A stretch of 64,000 nt of DNA, taken from the IMG/VR virus record IMGVR_UViG_3300029309_000001, positions 55,027 to 119,026 of that record. One strand, given 5' to 3'. Under the pieces are notes generated by a model. It saw only the letters and a program-made list of their open reading frames with translations, had not been told where the DNA came from and did no database searches. Numbering within the stretch: the first letter of the stretch is position 1; every line of letters starts with the position of its first letter. The DNA is from a virus. The position numbers and the translations under genes were made by a program. Shown here in pieces: positions 50,193-58,687 of the stretch.

Positions 50193-50563
50193 TATCTTTT
50201 ACCTCCATTATATATTACGGCATGGCCGTCTTTGACTAATTGATCATTAATACAACAACTTGGATCAGTTTCATCATTTATTTCTATATGTAATTTACCT
50301 AATACTCTACCAAACTTACCTACACTTTCACTTTCTAAAATAAAATAGTCATTTATATTATCAGTGGTTAACATATCTATTAACGCTTGTTTTGCAGCTA
50401 GGCCACGTTTTTTTTCTTCCAAGTCTCTTGTTCTAGATTCAGGAGTATTGATTCCTACTAGTCTGATTCTTTTACGAACTGTTACGTCAAATCCAAGATC
50501 AATACTAGCATCAAGAGTATCTCCATCAACTACTCTTTCTAATTTTGCTTTATATGTATACAT
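50192..50563 (-). CDS. Staphylococcal nuclease (thermonuclease)-like protein
   Basis: RVVDGDT, RIRLVGINTPE, GKFGRVLG and INDQLVKDGHA. Confidence 0.9.
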   Translation of the reverse strand: MYTYKAKLERVVDGDTLDASIDLGFDVTVRKRIRLVGINTPESRTRDLEEKKRGLAAKQALIDMLTTDNINDYFILESESVGKFGRVLGKLHIEINDETDPSCCINDQLVKDGHAVIYNGGKR

Positions 50564-50567
50564 TGTT

Positions 50568-50942
50568 TTATGATTTAAATAATTTAGGATTTAGATCCCT
50601 TAATACTGCACACTTTTCATATTCTTCTTCATCAATGAAATGTTGCATCATATTTTCAAGTTCATAGTCCGTTATACCTTCATCAGGGTTATGTGCTAAT
50701 AAAGCACCATTCTTTGACTGCATTACTTGATCAAAGGTTTTCTTTTTAGTTACGATCATAAAGGAATTTCTAAACGCTCTATCCATTATTATTTGTTCAG
50801 CCTCCCATTGTTGTGCCTCAGTCAGCTTATCATAATTTTCTAGTGGGTCATTTACGGACATATGCTCTATTTTTTTTGTGTCAAAATTAATAAAAAAAAA
50901 TCTAAATATTGGGGATAGTTTTAATGAATTATTTTTTGCCAT
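50568..50942 (-). CDS. Hypothetical protein with a C-terminal UvrB/UvrC-type motif
   Basis: EEEYEKCAVLRD. The real start may be MSVNDPL at 50861. Confidence 0.55.
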   Translation of the reverse strand: MAKNNSLKLSPIFRFFFINFDTKKIEHMSVNDPLENYDKLTEAQQWEAEQIIMDRAFRNSFMIVTKKKTFDQVMQSKNGALLAHNPDEGITDYELENMMQHFIDEEEYEKCAVLRDLNPKLFKS

Positions 50943-50993
50943 ACAATCTTTCTTTTAAAAAAGAGGGCTTGTTTAGGGTATCCCCCCTATATA

Positions 50994-51007
50994 CTTAATA
51001 TACAAAA
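50994..51007 (-). promoter_or_regulatory. Putative late promoter heading the minus-strand arm (TTTTGTATATTAAG)
   Basis: Motif copy at the strand-switch point. Confidence 0.5.
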
Positions 51008-51143
51008 ATCCCCCCACATATGAAAGTCCGTGAATTGAAAAGTTGTATATATGGCATGTGCGTTACCTCCTACTGTACTGCTCCCCAGCTTACAAAAGAC
51101 GGAAGTGTACCCCCATTGGGTCCACAGTCTAAAAAATTATATT

Positions 51144-51452
51144 ATGTCAGTATTTTTTCACAAAATCCCAGAGGGATCTAACACTATCGTGTGTAAATCA
51201 TCAGTTGAAAACATCCAAGAGGTAACCATCCAAACACCAGACGGTCCTAAAGTGGTTCAATCCAGAACACAACAAAACATCCAATTTGGATTGTTGTGTC
51301 TTGTGGATATTAACCCAAGGTCTTTAAAACTTAAACCTAATCAAGAACTAAAAGGTTTTAAAATGTCTGGTATCTTTGTAAAAGACCGTAATGAAAAGAA
51401 TGAAGACGGTTCTTTCAAAGACACAACCTTACAATGGGTAACACCTAAGTAA
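51144..51452 (+). CDS. Hypothetical early protein (first gene of the + arm)
   Basis: Likely start MSVFFHK at 51144 after an A-rich leader; followed by a terminator. Confidence 0.65.
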   Translation: MSVFFHKIPEGSNTIVCKSSVENIQEVTIQTPDGPKVVQSRTQQNIQFGLLCLVDINPRSLKLKPNQELKGFKMSGIFVKDRNEKNEDGSFKDTTLQWVTPK

Positions 51453-51458
51453 TAGTGT

Positions 51459-51490
51459 TTAAGGGTACTAGTGTATCCTTAACCTTTCTT
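51459..51490 (+). terminator. Intrinsic terminator
   Basis: TTAAGGGTAC-TAGT-GTATCCTTAA followed by CCTTTCTT. Confidence 0.6.
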
Positions 51491-51504
51491 AAGGCATTAC
51501 GCAA

Positions 51505-52025
51505 TTTAACTCACTCAAATGTAGTCACTCAGTTTTACCTTGACTGGTTTACAAACTCAAACTATTCTCAATGTGAGTAAACATAAGACAATGTAACGCA
51601 ATCTAACAAGATTGTAGTTACTTGTCCTATATGTTACCAAGTTCTTGTCCTTAACAAAAAGAATTGACATAAAAACAATTTATTTGTTACAAAAAAAATT
51701 AATTGTGTGTATTAAGTTGTGTGTGATAGTCTTATTTCCCACATATAACCACCTTTTACCACATCATAACAACTGATTGGTACATAATAAATAATATAGC
51801 TATCATAACTTGTTTGTTGATGATTGTATCTTACAAGGGTACATAATGACTCTGGTTATGATGGCTATTACTATATGTCTCTTCTCTCTCTATAGAATGA
51901 GCATATTAGTATCCGCAATATTAAAAAATCACAAAGAGAGTTAGCTAGTGCACATAGCTACCATCCTGATACTACTATAGGCAGTGAAATACAGAAATAA
52001 GACTAGGATCTGTACTCTCTTTTAT
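51505..52025 (+). ncRNA. Candidate structured non-coding RNA region (multiple long hairpins)
   Basis: No ORF. Stems at 51587-51626, 51796-51868 and 51933-52022, with several G-U pairs that only form on the + strand. Confidence 0.45.
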
Positions 52026-52062
52026 ATTCAACTCAAATCATTAATCACTTAAAATAATAATT

Positions 52063-52386
52063 ATGAAAGTTACTATTAAAAAACTATTATCAGGCATTAT
52101 AGTGCCATTATCAATCTTATACCTTAACTACTTACATGTAGATGTATTCTTTACTACTGTGTTAGGATCTATAGCAACCGTTATAGTAAATTTAGCAGCA
52201 TTATCTTGTTGCTTTATATTATTTCATCATCACCCAGCATATAAGTTTAGAATACGGGGTGAGTATGTACCAATGTGCACAATAGGAATTGGAGCACAAG
52301 CTGGTATGATAGGAATTGTATTACCATTCTATGTTATAGCATTTGGATGGGAAGATGTATCACCAACTAAAGATCCATGGATATGA
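52063..52386 (+). CDS. Hypothetical membrane protein (about 3 TM segments)
   Basis: Hydrophobic 107 aa ORF with an AT-rich leader. Confidence 0.65.
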   Translation: MKVTIKKLLSGIIVPLSILYLNYLHVDVFFTTVLGSIATVIVNLAALSCCFILFHHHPAYKFRIRGEYVPMCTIGIGAQAGMIGIVLPFYVIAFGWEDVSPTKDPWI

Positions 52387-52928
52387 AAAAGTTTAGAGCA
52401 AGTAGCATTGTTAACTTACAGATAAAACAACCATCAAACATAATGGTATCAGTATTATCTGAGACAGATAGATTAATAGTTAACAAAGGGTTTTATAATA
52501 TGCATGTAAGTGAAACATTAAATTATGTAGATCAAAAAGTATCTACAGAGTACACTGGTTATTATGATGCACCTAAATGGTTAAGATACAAATTAGGAAA
52601 TACTCATTTTACTATTAAAGGAAATGATACTGCAGATTTTACTTTCTGTACAGGAATATATAACTTTAATATACGTACTGAAACAGATAATTTAAAACTG
52701 AAAGATAGTTATGATCATTTAAATATCCTTAAAGAACATCAAAAAACAATTCGTGATCTAAGAAATAGAATAAAATCTATCAAAGACATTAGGCAATTGT
52801 ATTTAGATTGTGAAGCTAATGAACCATTTCATGAAGACTTTGAATTTTATGATGTTCAACAACTCTCAACAAACTTTGTTATATCATATGATAAGTTTAT
52901 GAAAGGTACAGATTTACGTCAATGGTGA
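52377..52928 (+). CDS. Hypothetical protein
   Basis: 183 aa ORF overlapping the previous gene. Confidence 0.7.
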   Translation: MDMKKFRASSIVNLQIKQPSNIMVSVLSETDRLIVNKGFYNMHVSETLNYVDQKVSTEYTGYYDAPKWLRYKLGNTHFTIKGNDTADFTFCTGIYNFNIRTETDNLKLKDSYDHLNILKEHQKTIRDLRNRIKSIKDIRQLYLDCEANEPFHEDFEFYDVQQLSTNFVISYDKFMKGTDLRQW

Positions 52929-53025
52929 CGTACTAACAGTACCATTATTGTAATACTATATTATTACATACAGTTTAAGTGAGAGTAGTTAGGTGGGAAA
53001 CCACGTAACTGCATTTGAGTGGGAA

Positions 53026-53056
53026 AAAGAGGGGATGTAAAAGTCTCCTCTTTTCT
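53026..53056 (+). terminator. Intrinsic terminator
   Basis: AAAGAGGGGA...TCTCCTCTTTT stem with a U-tract. Confidence 0.7.
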
Positions 53057-53080
53057 TAAAACCAAAACAAGTATTACGGC

Positions 53081-53233
53081 ATGGAAGAAATTAAAAAACA
53101 TTATAGACAAAAAGAATTAGATACAGTTGGTGAACCACATATACCAAGATGGTTTAGTGGACCAAAGTATCCTAAACCAAGAATATGGGTATCTAAGGAT
53201 ACATTAAAAAAGAAAAGAAAATGCAAAAAATAA
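53081..53233 (+). CDS. Small basic protein (50 aa)
   Basis: MEEIKKHYRQKELDTVGEPHIPRWFSGPKYPKPRIWVSK...; first of three coupled small ORFs. Confidence 0.5.
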   Translation: MEEIKKHYRQKELDTVGEPHIPRWFSGPKYPKPRIWVSKDTLKKKRKCKK

Positions 53234-53394
53234 TTATAATAATAGCATCACTACTATTTACATCTTGTAGTATACTATCTCCAATAACAGATAAAGAAAG
53301 AGAACTAAACTATCAAATAGATAAATTATATCTAGATTATCAGTATAAAAAAGATTCATTAATAATAGAATATTACCATGAAAAAGATAGGTAA
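53221..53394 (+). CDS. Small lipoprotein (57 aa)
   Basis: MQKIIIIIASLLFTS-C: basic N-region, hydrophobic core and lipobox Cys16. Confidence 0.65.
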   Translation: MQKIIIIIASLLFTSCSILSPITDKERELNYQIDKLYLDYQYKKDSLIIEYYHEKDR

Positions 53395-53500
53395 AGAAAA
53401 TAGTAGAGTACCAGCAGTAATAGAAAGAGTACTTGGTACTATAACAGCAATTTTAATATTATATTCATTTATTCAAATAATAATACATTTTATATCATGA
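53378..53500 (+). CDS. Small single-TM protein (40 aa)
   Basis: MKKIGKENSRVPAVIERVLGTITAILILYSFIQIIIHFIS; ATGA-coupled to 53497. Confidence 0.55.
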   Translation: MKKIGKENSRVPAVIERVLGTITAILILYSFIQIIIHFIS

Positions 53501-54036
53501 GAGACATGTCCAAAATTAATATAACAAAAGATGTAGGTGCACATATTATGCTAAGTGCATTTAAAGAAGATACAATTAATAGAAAATATTTAGTAGATCT
53601 ATTATTTAAATCACTAGATGAACACAGTATAACTACGTTTCTACAGATTATGACTGATAAAGAACCACCTGTTTTACCTAAAGTAGGTGATGTTATAATA
53701 TATACTGAAGATAAATATGATCCAATTTCATGTGAAGCAGATGTATTAAAAGATAATAATGTATATTGTGACGAAAAATGTATGTTATATCCTGATAGAA
53801 AAACGTTTTATGCTATTATTACTAGTGATACTGGATATAATGACACATTTAATCCATGGCATTACAAGTTTAAAGTATCTGTAATTAGCAATGATTCTGA
53901 AGGTGAGCTAGTACTTGTTAAAAAAGAAGTAAGATGGGAAGATCTTAATATATTAACTAAGAATAATACTATTCGTAAAAAATGTAAAAATGTTTATGAA
54001 ACACTCATACAAGGGACACCAAAACTACCGTTCTAG
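53497..54036 (+). CDS. Hypothetical protein
   Basis: 179 aa ORF ending in KLPF. Confidence 0.7.
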   Translation: MRDMSKINITKDVGAHIMLSAFKEDTINRKYLVDLLFKSLDEHSITTFLQIMTDKEPPVLPKVGDVIIYTEDKYDPISCEADVLKDNNVYCDEKCMLYPDRKTFYAIITSDTGYNDTFNPWHYKFKVSVISNDSEGELVLVKKEVRWEDLNILTKNNTIRKKCKNVYETLIQGTPKLPF

Positions 54037-54102
54037 TATGTTTGGTGCAGCAATTGGTTTTATAGGTATATTTTTTACCGTTATAATAATATTAATTACA
54101 AA

Positions 54103-54348
54103 ATGGATATAGATAAATTTGGTATTGTAAATGATAAAGTTATAGGTGATCCTGAACTTAGTTTACAAGCCAAAGGTATCTATAGCATTTTATGCACTTA
54201 CGCAAACAAAAATAGGAAATGTTTTCCATCTATAGCTACTATAGCTGACACAGCAAATGTTAGCCAAAGAACTGTAGATAGAAAAATAAAAGAGTTAAAA
54301 AATAAAAATTATGTAAAAAGATCAGGAAAATTTCTAATTATTTTATAG
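54103..54348 (+). CDS. Helix-turn-helix protein (HTH_36 / replication-initiator N-terminal type)
   Basis: D.ELSLQAKGIYSIL...CFPSIATIA....VSQRTVDRKIKEL. Confidence 0.85.
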   Translation: MDIDKFGIVNDKVIGDPELSLQAKGIYSILCTYANKNRKCFPSIATIADTANVSQRTVDRKIKELKNKNYVKRSGKFLIIL

Positions 54349-54353
54349 TTAGA

Positions 54354-54436
54354 TAGCTATATAACTCCTGAAAAGTTTGCATAGTTCAAATTTTTTATGT
54401 ATATCACATGGTTTAATTACGTAGATTTGTATAATT
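54354..54436 (+). promoter_or_regulatory. TAGCTATATAACTCC box plus TAGATTTGTATAATT promoter
   Basis: TAnnTTTG overlaps the TTTGTATA motif. The upstream box is shared with 40384-40397. Confidence 0.5.
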
Positions 54437-54450
54437 AATTTACGTATAAA

Positions 54451-54708
54451 ATGTTATATCAATTACCTAGTGGAAGAACTATAGAGATACCAATAGACAC
54501 GTATCTAGACATGACTGATGAGGAATTATCTGAATTAGATTGTCTTAGTGATTCATATACTATGGAAATGAATGATCCATTTTATAAACCTTATTCTAAA
54601 GGTAAAACTCCAAGACAAAAACAAAAAGAAGATGTCAAATATGGAGTTGACAATGCATCTAATGAAGAAAAACTCAGTGATGAGTACTTTCATAGAGATG
54701 ACATCTAA
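54451..54708 (+). CDS. Small acidic conserved phage protein
   Basis: MLYQLPSGRTIEI....YLDMTDEEL. Confidence 0.65.
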   Translation: MLYQLPSGRTIEIPIDTYLDMTDEELSELDCLSDSYTMEMNDPFYKPYSKGKTPRQKQKEDVKYGVDNASNEEKLSDEYFHRDDI

Positions 54709-54745
54709 CAATTAATCAATCAATTTTATTAACTAAATTTTATTA

Positions 54746-55378
54746 ATGCTTATGGCAAAACAGGGTAAAGTATGCATTGTTCCAGATGAAATGGGCAATG
54801 TAATTAGAGTATCTAAAACTAATCCAGAATATGGACATGTTAGACTAACACAAGACGGAACAACATTTACACAGACTGGTTGGATAAAAAAAGTAACTAA
54901 AAGTACATTATTACATGGTACTGTAGAAGATTTAAAAGATTACAACATTCAAAAGAAGAAAACATTACCAGGTAATATATATGTTGTAGAATCATTTGAC
55001 CCATTTTCAACTAACAATCCTGACATTGATTTAAAAATGGCAGGTAAAACAAATGTTATATGTAAAGGTACAAATACTGAAACAGGTGAAATAGATGCAC
55101 CTATATATAGAAAATCATTTTATGATCCAATGGGAACAAAAGATGATGTATTAATTTCTCATACTAATGCAAAAGAAATTAAAGAAGCAAACTCTTCTGA
55201 AATTTATAACAAATTAAAAGAAGAAACTACAGAGACTGAAGAAGTAGATCCTAATCAAATAGATCTTGAAAAAGCTATTGAGGAGGTTACTAATGAAGAA
55301 ACTGTAGTAGAAGATGCAGTTGAAGAGACAGTTGAAGAAGAATTAGAAGTGGAAGAAGAAGTCAACTTTGATCTGTAA
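54746..55378 (+). CDS. Hypothetical protein with an SSB-like acidic tail
   Basis: Beta-rich N-terminus and Glu-rich tail ending NFDL. Confidence 0.55.
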   Translation: MLMAKQGKVCIVPDEMGNVIRVSKTNPEYGHVRLTQDGTTFTQTGWIKKVTKSTLLHGTVEDLKDYNIQKKKTLPGNIYVVESFDPFSTNNPDIDLKMAGKTNVICKGTNTETGEIDAPIYRKSFYDPMGTKDDVLISHTNAKEIKEANSSEIYNKLKEETTETEEVDPNQIDLEKAIEEVTNEETVVEDAVEETVEEELEVEEEVNFDL

Positions 55379-55500
55379 TACTTGTTTTTAAAACATTGAT
55401 GAGGGAGTTTTGGGATAATTTTAAATTTTTCAACCCATGTTCTCCCTCTGATATGTTTATTAATTAAATTAATAACCTCACTCAAATACACTTAAATAAA

Positions 55501-56001
55501 ATGCTTAATGAACAACAATTAAAAGAACTTAAATTAAAACTCAGAGAAGATAGATACATGTACTTAGGTATGTTATCTGAATATCAAACAATTACTAAAA
55601 ATTATACTCAACATATAAATTATTCTAAATTAAATCAACATCAACACTTTTTATTTAAAAGAGTGTTACATGGTTTTAATATGTATAGCAAAGATGAACT
55701 AGCTAATATGCATAGAGATAAAAAGAAAAGAATATCAAAGGTATGGAAAAGAGGCCAATCTGTATTAAACTGTTGGAAACAAGAGATCTGTAATAGACAA
55801 GCTAACAAAATTTTTGCTATATTTACACACAGTAAAGATGCAAAAAAATTGGTAGCAATAGATCCTAAAGAGACTGATCCAACATTTATTAACAAAATGT
55901 CACTCAAACAACTCAGAATAACATATGAAGATGTTATTATAAAATTTATAGCAGAAGGCTTACTACCTAAGAATTTCTTAACTTTAAAAAATGCTACATG
56001 A
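55501..56001 (+). CDS. Hypothetical basic protein
   Basis: 166 aa ORF. Confidence 0.7.
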   Translation: MLNEQQLKELKLKLREDRYMYLGMLSEYQTITKNYTQHINYSKLNQHQHFLFKRVLHGFNMYSKDELANMHRDKKKRISKVWKRGQSVLNCWKQEICNRQANKIFAIFTHSKDAKKLVAIDPKETDPTFINKMSLKQLRITYEDVIIKFIAEGLLPKNFLTLKNAT

Positions 56002-56261
56002 ATAGTCAATCTAAAAAGATGGCAAAAATTAATAGGGAGTATTCTAAACTTAGAGTACAATTCCTTACAGACAAACCTAATTGTATGGCCAGTTTACCTG
56101 GTTGTACATTAAGGGCGTCTGAAATACATCATAAGAAAGGTCGTGGTAAGTATCATAATGATACAACAACCTGGCTTTCTGTATGTAGATCTTGTCATAC
56201 ATGGATAGAACTTAATGAACCAGAAGCAATAGAATTAGGATTTTCAATTAAAAGAACATAA
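55998..56261 (+). CDS. HNH endonuclease
   Basis: C......C....EIHHKKGRG...WLSVCRSCHTWI. Confidence 0.8.
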   Translation: MNSQSKKMAKINREYSKLRVQFLTDKPNCMASLPGCTLRASEIHHKKGRGKYHNDTTTWLSVCRSCHTWIELNEPEAIELGFSIKRT

Positions 56262-56263
56262 TT

Positions 56264-56461
56264 ATGAATAAAGCAATAGAAACTTGTAAAAATTTAAAAA
56301 GAACTATAGATAATATGGAAAAACCTCCAGCAGCTTTAGGTAATTCTACATTACGTGATAATAATATATTTGCTACACATAGACCATCTAAAGATCTATT
56401 AAAGAGTAAGTTAAAAAGTATAATGAAAAAAAATAATATAACAGATGAACAAATTAGATAA
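56264..56461 (+). CDS. Hypothetical protein
   Basis: 65 aa ORF in the operon. Confidence 0.55.
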   Translation: MNKAIETCKNLKRTIDNMEKPPAALGNSTLRDNNIFATHRPSKDLLKSKLKSIMKKNNITDEQIR

Positions 56462-56702
56462 CGCAGCACAAGGCCTTGAAGGCAAACAATATAAAGAAGC
56501 TAATGAGTTTATGAAGCAGATACAATATAAAGAAGTATTAAACAAAGAGATAGCTGACGCTAGAGATTATACTAATATAGATAAATATGGTAGTATAAAT
56601 GTACATCAGTTAATGAAAACTGATAAGCAACATATCATTGAAGTATTAATACATGCAATGGGCACTATAAGGTATTTAAAAGAGAACAATGGGAAGAAAT
56701 GA
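56445..56702 (+). CDS. Hypothetical protein
   Basis: 85 aa ORF in the operon. Confidence 0.55.
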   Translation: MNKLDNAAQGLEGKQYKEANEFMKQIQYKEVLNKEIADARDYTNIDKYGSINVHQLMKTDKQHIIEVLIHAMGTIRYLKENNGKK

Positions 56703-57798
56703 TGTTCAAGAAAAAGCATTAGATCTTGCTATAAAAAATAAAAGATGTGGGTTAGGTATTAGTATGGGTGTTGGTAAAACTAGAATTGGTATACAACATT
56801 TGTTAGCTAATTACAATCCTTTTATAAAAGCATTAGTTGTTGTTCCTAAGTTATCTGTTACAGATGCTTGGAAAGATGAATTAAACAAAATGGATTTAAC
56901 AGATAAATTATCTGATCATATAACATTTAGTACATATTTATCTATAAACAAACAAAATCCTAATGAATATGATATAGTATATCTTGATGAATGTCATAGT
57001 TTATTAGATAATCATGAAAGTTTTTTGTCTGCATATAAAGGAAAAATACTAGGTCTTACTGGTACACCTCCTAAAAGACGTGGTACAGAAAAATTTAGAA
57101 TGGTACAAAAATATTGTCCAATGGTATATAATTTTACTGTTGATCAAGCAACTGATAGTAATATTCTTAATGATTATAAAATTATAGTACATAAATTAAA
57201 TCTTAGTGGTTTATCTACACTTGCAAAAGTTAATAAAACAACAGGAGGTAAGTGGTTTACATCAGAGAAAAAAGATTATGAATACTTTACATCTAGAGTA
57301 GTAGAAGCACAAACAGCAAAACAAAAACAGTTTGCTTCTATTATGAGGATGAAAGCTATGATGGAATATCCTACTAAAGAACAATATGCTAAAGGTATAA
57401 TTAAAAATATAGGAGAAAAATGTATTATATTTGCTAACACACAAAAACAAGCAGATAGAATGTGTAAACATAGTTATCATTCTAAAAATAATGAATCAGA
57501 AGAAAATTTAGAATTGTTTCGTGATGGTAGAATAGATAAATTATCATGTGTGTTACAATTATCAGAAGGTGTTACAATACCAGGATTAAAACAAGGTATA
57601 ATAATGCATGCTTATGGTAATGAAAGAAAAACAGCACAGCGTATTGGTAGATTATTAAGACTTAATCCTAATGAAACAGCTATTTGTCATATACTTTGTT
57701 ATGAAAACACTGTAGATGAAAAATGGGTTGATTCAGCATTAAGTAGTTTTGACTCAACTAAAATAAGCAGATATAATCCTTTAAAATCACAAGCATGA
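56689..57798 (+). CDS. Superfamily 2 DExH helicase (UvsW/Rad25-like)
   Basis: Q motif, GVGKT, DECH, LTGT, LSEGV and QRIGRLLR. Confidence 0.9.
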   Translation: MGRNDVQEKALDLAIKNKRCGLGISMGVGKTRIGIQHLLANYNPFIKALVVVPKLSVTDAWKDELNKMDLTDKLSDHITFSTYLSINKQNPNEYDIVYLDECHSLLDNHESFLSAYKGKILGLTGTPPKRRGTEKFRMVQKYCPMVYNFTVDQATDSNILNDYKIIVHKLNLSGLSTLAKVNKTTGGKWFTSEKKDYEYFTSRVVEAQTAKQKQFASIMRMKAMMEYPTKEQYAKGIIKNIGEKCIIFANTQKQADRMCKHSYHSKNNESEENLELFRDGRIDKLSCVLQLSEGVTIPGLKQGIIMHAYGNERKTAQRIGRLLRLNPNETAICHILCYENTVDEKWVDSALSSFDSTKISRYNPLKSQA

Positions 57799-57944
57799 GT
57801 AAAATGAAATCAGTATATCAAGCAATGAAGGAGTCCAATTGGAAAGGTACTCCTGAAGAATATTTAAAATGGTGGATAGAAAATGAAGCCAAAAAAATTG
57901 ATAAAAAAAAGAAGAAAAATGGCCTTACCACAAAGAAGTTATAA
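57795..57944 (+). CDS. Small protein (49 aa, MSKMKSVYQAMKESNWKGTPEEYLKWW...)
   Basis: ATGA-coupled to the helicase stop codon. Confidence 0.5.
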   Translation: MSKMKSVYQAMKESNWKGTPEEYLKWWIENEAKKIDKKKKKNGLTTKKL

Positions 57945-58185
57945 AGACACTAAAGAAATAGAAATAGATGGTGTAGATTTTGAAGTAGAATTTACATTTG
58001 AAGCAGCTGAAAGACAAACTTATTTAGATCCAGGTAGTGATGCTTTTGTTGTAATAAATAAAATGTTTGTTACAACAGAAGATGAAAATGGTAATAATGT
58101 TAAAATTGACATTGCACCATATCTACATGTTGAAGTAGATGAAGAGTTTTTAGCTGAAAATATATTAGAAGATTTAAAAGATTAA
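57919..58185 (+). CDS. Hypothetical acidic protein
   Basis: ORF 57883-58185 in the track; probable start MALPQ at 57919. Confidence 0.6.
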   Translation: MALPQRSYKDTKEIEIDGVDFEVEFTFEAAERQTYLDPGSDAFVVINKMFVTTEDENGNNVKIDIAPYLHVEVDEEFLAENILEDLKD

Positions 58186-58187
58186 TT

Positions 58188-58304
58188 ATGAATGGTATTT
58201 ATGTAATAACACATATAGTAATTTATGTTTTAGGTGTTGTAACAGGTTTATATATGGCATCACAAGTAGAAAAAGACATAAAAAGAAGAATAAAAAGAAA
58301 ATGA
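58188..58304 (+). CDS. Small single-TM protein (38 aa)
   Basis: MNGIYVITHIVIYVLGVVTGLYMASQVEKDIKRRIKRK; ATGA-coupled to 58301. Confidence 0.55.
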   Translation: MNGIYVITHIVIYVLGVVTGLYMASQVEKDIKRRIKRK

Positions 58305-58687
58305 GTAAGCAAAATTTTTTCTCTAATCTTATTAAAAAAGATGGAGAGTTAAAGCATACCATTAAAGCCAGGGAAACTATCTATAATAAATTTGTAGATA
58401 GTTTACCAGAAGGCACTAAAGTAGAAATTTTTGTAAGTGTAACTGGTCCAAAAGGATCTAATGCACAAATAGCAAAAATTTATGTAATGCTAAGAGAATT
58501 AGCAGGAGAGATAGGTTATAGTTTAGAAGAAATGAAACTTATAGTAAAAAGAAAATCAGGTTTATGTTTTAACAGAGATGGTCAAGAATATTGTAAATCA
58601 TTTGGTGACTGTGATAAAACTGAATTAAACAGTGTGATCCAAAACATTATTGAAATAGGAGACAATGTAGGATCTAATCTTCGCTAG
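58301..58687 (+). CDS. NinB/Orf-like recombination protein
   Basis: SNAQ..IYVMLRELA.EIG.S.EEMK...K...SF.DCDKTEL..VI pattern. Confidence 0.5.
   Translation: MSKQNFFSNLIKKDGELKHTIKARETIYNKFVDSLPEGTKVEIFVSVTGPKGSNAQIAKIYVMLRELAGEIGYSLEEMKLIVKRKSGLCFNRDGQEYCKSFGDCDKTELNSVIQNIIEIGDNVGSNLR

Noticed and set aside
51963-52015. Hammerhead ribozyme (CUGAU...GAAA)
   Set aside because: The core reads CUGAUAC rather than CUGAnGA, and canonical stems I/III with an NUH site could not be built. It is kept only as an unclassified structured RNA.
51453-53080. tRNA genes in the non-coding gaps
   Set aside because: No cloverleaf with a GTTCRA T-loop was found by eye.
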